Shown here: in pieces, positions 59,679-64,000 of the stretch
Numbering within the stretch: the stretch's first letter is position 1
How the letters are laid out: the number at the start of each line of letters is the position of its first letter
Assembly: GCA_963713045.1 (NCBI GenBank)
Contig: CAVQKE010000007.1
Span: 512,001 to 576,000 of the forward strand
Source: an uncultured delta proteobacterium
Lineage (GTDB): Bacteria > Myxococcota > Myxococcia > Myxococcales > Myxococcaceae
DNA: 64,000 nucleotides
Reading direction: 5' to 3'
The notes under the pieces: model-generated
What the model saw: the letters and a program-made list of their open reading frames with translations, nothing else
What the model was told of the DNA's origin: nothing
Database searches by the model: none
Made by a program: the position numbers and the translations under genes

Positions 59679-61123
59679 GCGAACCAGATGTCGTCATCGT
59701 CGGGACAGGACCGAACGGCCTGGCGGCGGGTGTCTTTCTCAGCCGCGCCGGAGCGTCGGTCCTCTTGCTGGAGGCGAGCCCCACCGTCGGCGGGGGACTG
59801 CGCACCGCGGCGCTGACGCTGCCTGGCTTTGCACATGACGTCTGCTCAGCCGTCCACCCAATGGGCATCCTCTCGCCCTACTTGAGGCAACTGCCGCTGG
59901 AAGACCACGGCCTGCAGTGGATTCGCCCCCCGGCCTCGGTTGCGCACCCATTGGACAACGCTCCAGCGGTCCTACTCCGTCGCTCACTCGACACCACCTC
60001 CGCCGAGTTGGACGTCGACCGGGAGAGTTACCGGAGGCTGGTGGCGCCGTACCTCCGTCGCCCCCATGCGCTCCTCGAGGACGTGCTCGCCCCGCTGCAC
60101 ATCCCTCACCACCCGGGCTTACTGTTTCGCTTTGGCCTCCAGGGCATTCAATCCGCCACCAGGCTTGCCCGGCGTTTCCGAGGCGCCCGCGCCCGGGCGC
60201 TGCTGGCCGGCTGCGCCGCCCACGCCATCCTGCCTCTCGAGCAGCACCTGACAGCGGCCGTCGCCCTTCTATTCCTCGTGACCGGACACGTCGAGGACTG
60301 GCCGGTGGCCTTGGGAGGCTCGGAAGCCATCGCCCGGGCACTGGCGAGTCTGCTCCGCTCGCGCGGCGGGCAGATTGAAACCGATGTCGCGGTGCGGACG
60401 CTGAGGGACCTGCCCAGGGCACGGGCCTACCTCTTCGACACCAGCCCGGCACAGCTGGCCCAAATTGCTGAATCCATCCTTCCCGCTGGCTACGTGCGCC
60501 GGCTGCGTCGGTACCGCTATGGCCCCGCCGCCTTCAAAGTGGATTGGGCGCTGGACGGCTCCATCCCCTGGAAAGACTCACGTTGCCTGGAGGCGTCCAC
60601 CGTTCATCTGGGCGGCACGCTGGAAGAGATTTCCGTGTCCGAGGCGGCGGTCTGGCGCGGTGAGCACGCCGAGCGTCCCTTTGTCCTGCTCTGTCAACAA
60701 AGCCAGTTCGACCGCACCAGGGCACCGGCCGGCAAGCAGACCGGTTGGGCCTACTGTCACGTTCCAGCCGGCTCCGCCGCCGACATGACGGGCGCCATCG
60801 AGTCGCAAGTTGAGCGGTTCGCGCCGGGGTTTCGGGCACGCATTCTCGCCCGTCATGTCACAAGGCCGGCGGACCTCGAGCGCTACAACGCCAACTATGT
60901 GGGGGGCGCCATCACCGGCGGGGTGGCGGACCTCGGCCAACTTTTCACCCGACCCGTCGCGCGCCTCAACCCCTACACGACGCCCCACCCGCGGCTCTTC
61001 CTCTGCTCTGCCTCGACTCCGCCAGGCGGGGGTGTGCACGGAATGTGCGGTTACTATGCCGCTGCGACCGCGCTGCGACGCCTCGACGGCCTTCGGCCGG
61101 CGACTCTGACTTCAGCCGCCTGA
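59675..61123 (+). CDS. Phytoene dehydrogenase-like FAD oxidoreductase
   Basis: TTG start overlaps the DUF3556 stop (TTGA); 'IVGTGPNGLAA', 'HDVCSAVHP', 'WAYCHVP', 'CSASTPPGGGVHGMCG'. Confidence 0.92.
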   Translation: MSEPDVVIVGTGPNGLAAGVFLSRAGASVLLLEASPTVGGGLRTAALTLPGFAHDVCSAVHPMGILSPYLRQLPLEDHGLQWIRPPASVAHPLDNAPAVLLRRSLDTTSAELDVDRESYRRLVAPYLRRPHALLEDVLAPLHIPHHPGLLFRFGLQGIQSATRLARRFRGARARALLAGCAAHAILPLEQHLTAAVALLFLVTGHVEDWPVALGGSEAIARALASLLRSRGGQIETDVAVRTLRDLPRARAYLFDTSPAQLAQIAESILPAGYVRRLRRYRYGPAAFKVDWALDGSIPWKDSRCLEASTVHLGGTLEEISVSEAAVWRGEHAERPFVLLCQQSQFDRTRAPAGKQTGWAYCHVPAGSAADMTGAIESQVERFAPGFRARILARHVTRPADLERYNANYVGGAITGGVADLGQLFTRPVARLNPYTTPHPRLFLCSASTPPGGGVHGMCGYYAAATALRRLDGLRPATLTSAA

Positions 61124-61144
61124 CAACGCGGAAAGGAGCATCCC

Positions 61145-61462
61145 TTGACTGCCGCGCTCACCAACCCAACCGTCAGGGCCGCCATCGATGCGCTCCAGAG
61201 GGGGGACCGAAAAGCCTGGGCAGCCCTCTTCGAGCCCGCGGCGAAACTCTACGACGACGGCAGCCCACGAAGCCTCGAGACCTTCACCCAGGAGGCAGTC
61301 GGTCACGAGCGCTTCACGACGATTGACCGTGTGGAAAACAACGGACTGGACGTGTTTGGCGCCTTTCACTCGCCCCAATGGGGCGACTTTCAGACCTATT
61401 TCAAGTTCCAGCTCTCTCTAGCCGGCAAAGTCGCCCGCCTCGACATTGGGCAAGTCGAATAG
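61145..61462 (+). CDS. SnoaL/NTF2-like small protein
   Basis: RBS AAGGAG plus TTG; 'AIDALQRGDRKAW', 'GHERFT', 'WGDFQTYFKF'. Confidence 0.8.
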   Translation: MTAALTNPTVRAAIDALQRGDRKAWAALFEPAAKLYDDGSPRSLETFTQEAVGHERFTTIDRVENNGLDVFGAFHSPQWGDFQTYFKFQLSLAGKVARLDIGQVE

Positions 61463-61552
61463 CACTCGTCTTGAAGTCCACATGGCCCGGCCCTCGAGGC
61501 CCTAGCAGCAAGCAGGCTGCGTGAGGAGTCGGGCGGGGGCACCTCGGCCCTG

Positions 61553-61915
61553 CTACCGGAGGCAAACCGCTTCGACGTTGTTGCCATCTGGGTCAATCAG
61601 AAACGCCGCGTAGTAGCTGGGGCCATAGTCCGCGCGGATGCCCGGTTGTCCGTGCTCGCGACCCCCCGCCTCGGCGCCCACCCGGAAGAAGCGGTCTACC
61701 TCAGACCGTTCGGATGCTCGGAAGGCGACGTGGATACCGGGGCCGCCGGCGCCTTTGGATAGATAAAGCCAAAAGGCCGGCTGTCCCGGAGGCCCGAAGC
61801 TGGCGCTGCTGTCGTCTTGAGAGTGAAGCACGTGGCCCAAGGCGCCAAGTGCAGCGCGGTAGAAGCGAACGCTTGCCCCCAGCGACTTCACCTTCAAGCC
61901 GATGTGGTCGTACAT
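61553..61915 (-). CDS. VOC/glyoxalase family protein
   Basis: RBS AAGGAGG; 'MYDHIGLKV', 'HVAF', 'YYAAFLIDPDGNNVEAVC'. Confidence 0.93.
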   Translation of the reverse strand: MYDHIGLKVKSLGASVRFYRAALGALGHVLHSQDDSSASFGPPGQPAFWLYLSKGAGGPGIHVAFRASERSEVDRFFRVGAEAGGREHGQPGIRADYGPSYYAAFLIDPDGNNVEAVCLR

Positions 61916-62103
61916 GAAGGACCTCCTTGGGCCCGCTTAATCGGCTGGTCGCCGGCGGACCACCCGAAAGATTGAAGGTCTGGGGCGGACGCAACAAGCC
62001 TTTTCGAAGCATTCGCCGCGCTCCGGCCCGCAAGGCTGGCTTTCCCACAGGGGTTCCCAGCCGGCGAAGTCAGCCGCGGCGTCTCAACGTCGCGACGGAT
62101 GTC

Positions 62104-63483
62104 TCACGGCCCTGCGTCCGTCGGCAGAAGCAAGGGTGGCAGGGGCTGCTGCGTGAAGTCGAAGTCCGCGCTCAAGTCTCCGAGGATGGGAAGGGTTTCC
62201 CGCACCGAAATGCGCGGGTCGGGTCGCCCATCGGTGGCCGGGTCCAGCCGTTGGCTACCCAGGAAGCGGTCCTCAATGAATTTGACATACGCGTCGAAGC
62301 TCAACGTTTGATGGTCAATGTAGCCGGCACGTGCGTAGGGACTGATGACCATCGCTGGCACCCGAAGCCCGTAGCCATTGGCGTCCACCACCGGCGGTAG
62401 GACGTGGTCATAAAAGCCACCCCAGTCGTCCCAGACAAGAAAGATGGCCATCTCCGGCCACGCTGAACTCTGCATCAGCGTGTTAAGGATGGCGGTGACG
62501 TAGGACTGGCCGACGCTGACCTTGGCCGGTGGGTGCTCGCTCACGGTTCCGTCGGGGATAATCCACGCCACCGCGGGAAGGTTTCCGTTCTTCAGGTCGA
62601 GATAGAACTCGTCGAACGGAACGATGTTGCCCAACTGGCCATCCGCCTTGACGGTGTCGAAGTTGGGGAGGGGGTTCCAGATGCTGGGCACGGTGGCCAG
62701 CTGAGCCACCGGCTCACACGTTTCGACTCCGTCGTCTTCGCAGTCTGGCTCAGTGCCCTCGGCCAAATAGTAGCGCCAGCTCACCCCGGCGCGCTCAAGA
62801 AGGTAGGTGAGGTCCGTCCAGGCGTACGGGCCGATTCCGGCGGGGCTCGGCGATTGCAGCGCATTGGTGCAACTCTGTGGATTTCCGGCCTCGGTGCAGT
62901 CTGCCGACCATTCCGAGACCAGGTACAGGTGCGCGGGTTGGCTCCAGGATGCGTTGGATTCGAACATGTGGTCCTGGAGGACAAAGGCATGCGCGTAGGC
63001 CCAGTAGTTGGGAATCTCGCGGTCGTCGTGCCAACCGACCGCGTCGATGGAAGCCCCGTTGCTGCAGGCTGGATTGTTTGGGTCGAGACAGCCCTTTTGC
63101 CCCTTTTGAGCCGACACCAGGAAGCCGTCCATCGCGCCGCCGTCGATGTCGTCAATGGCATTGGCCTCGCCGTGGGGACCTCCACCATTCACGTCGTCCG
63201 GGTCGTGAAACGGTCGAACGCAGGGACCGCCGTCAGCTTGCGGGAGACAGGCCAGTGGGACACCGGCATCGTCCATCGGGATGCCGTCCGCTCCGGGAAA
63301 AGTACCGAAGTAATGGTCGAAGGAACGGTTCTCTTGCATCACGATGACGATGTGCTTGATTTTTTGCAGGCCGACTGGTCCCCCGTCGGTGCCAGCGTCA
63401 GTCCCGGCGTCGGCTGGGGCGTGGGATTGGTTGCAAGCCCCTGCCACCAGCATCGTCGCGAGCGCTAGACGCAGCTTCGCCAT
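62104..63483 (-). CDS. Phosphoesterase / phospholipase C family lipoprotein
   Basis: 'VAGAC' lipobox; '[19 protein letters not shown]', 'SEHP', '[11 protein letters not shown]', 'YGLRVP..ISPYA'. Confidence 0.93.
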   Translation of the reverse strand: MAKLRLALATMLVAGACNQSHAPADAGTDAGTDGGPVGLQKIKHIVIVMQENRSFDHYFGTFPGADGIPMDDAGVPLACLPQADGGPCVRPFHDPDDVNGGGPHGEANAIDDIDGGAMDGFLVSAQKGQKGCLDPNNPACSNGASIDAVGWHDDREIPNYWAYAHAFVLQDHMFESNASWSQPAHLYLVSEWSADCTEAGNPQSCTNALQSPSPAGIGPYAWTDLTYLLERAGVSWRYYLAEGTEPDCEDDGVETCEPVAQLATVPSIWNPLPNFDTVKADGQLGNIVPFDEFYLDLKNGNLPAVAWIIPDGTVSEHPPAKVSVGQSYVTAILNTLMQSSAWPEMAIFLVWDDWGGFYDHVLPPVVDANGYGLRVPAMVISPYARAGYIDHQTLSFDAYVKFIEDRFLGSQRLDPATDGRPDPRISVRETLPILGDLSADFDFTQQPLPPLLLPTDAGP

Positions 63484-63582
63484 CCCGCTTCCTCCAGGGC
63501 CTGAAAGACTAACCCAGCGACGCCAACGCCAGTTGCGTGCGGGCCCGCGGCAAGGCCGGTTTGCCTTGGCGGCACCGGACGG

Positions 63583-64000
63583 CTACCAGCGAACGACGAA
63601 GTCTGCGTAGTCCCCTTCGGCCGGCGATTTTGAGTTGTCACCGTCCGTCATCAGGCCCAGGCCGACGAAGTCCGGAACGTCTTGCAGCTTCACTCCGTAG
63701 TATTTGGCGAATTCGGCCCTTGGGTTCACCTCGACGGTTTCCCAGCTGTTCAGCGGCCCCCCCGTCCGGACGAGGATGGTGTCCCGGTCAAAAAACCACC
63801 CGCGCGTCGATTCGCACGACGTTCCGGGGGTTCCCATGGTGCTCCATGCATACTTCAGGACCATGATTTTGATTCCGGCCTTGAAGGCAAGAAAGACGGA
63901 AGCGGCGTTGTCAGAAAACCCCGGTCCACAGTCGTTGGAGTCCTTGGGCAGAGCATGGACACGCCAGCGCCAGCTGACCTGCTTGACTGCGTGCCAAGCC
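63583..64000 (-). CDS. DUF3047-like protein, 3' part (runs off the right edge)
   Basis: 'VSWRWRV', 'DNAASVF', 'LKYAWS', 'GLMTDGDNSKS..GDYADF'. Confidence 0.8.
   Translation of the reverse strand, partial: AWHAVKQVSWRWRVHALPKDSNDCGPGFSDNAASVFLAFKAGIKIMVLKYAWSTMGTPGTSCESTRGWFFDRDTILVRTGGPLNSWETVEVNPRAEFAKYYGVKLQDVPDFVGLGLMTDGDNSKSPAEGDYADFVVRW

Overview
A GC-rich bacterial chromosomal window. The Ser/Thr kinase-ECF pair and many lipoproteins with 'DAG/DGG' linkers suggest Myxococcota (inference). Bases 1-14.3 kb hold a mosaic surface-glycan locus: GT2 and GT4 glycosyltransferases, three SAM methyltransferases (one with a C-terminal coiled coil), a GMC oxidoreductase plus NAD epimerase, a polyprenol-phosphate GT2 and a GT-C-like membrane protein. 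Most of it lies between two direct copies of a Cys-rich lipoprotein gene, one of them decayed. The rest is accessory metabolic and envelope genes: oxidoreductases, an RND pump with no outer-membrane factor, DUF3500, orphan ABC binding proteins, a glyoxylate/2-hydroxyacid operon, a DUF3556-phytoene-dehydrogenase-like pair, a phosphoesterase and large lipoproteins. There are at least five gene remnants and three frameshifted genes. The best novel candidate is at 30.3-35.1 kb: an ECF sigma factor and a membrane Ser/Thr kinase with three small unannotated minus-strand ORFs. Each small ORF is preceded by a shared bipartite motif (GTCRCAA-N11/12-CCRWACC) that looks like an ECF promoter. I recognised no rRNA, tRNA, CRISPR array or intact mobile element. 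All family calls come from motif recognition by eye, with no database search.
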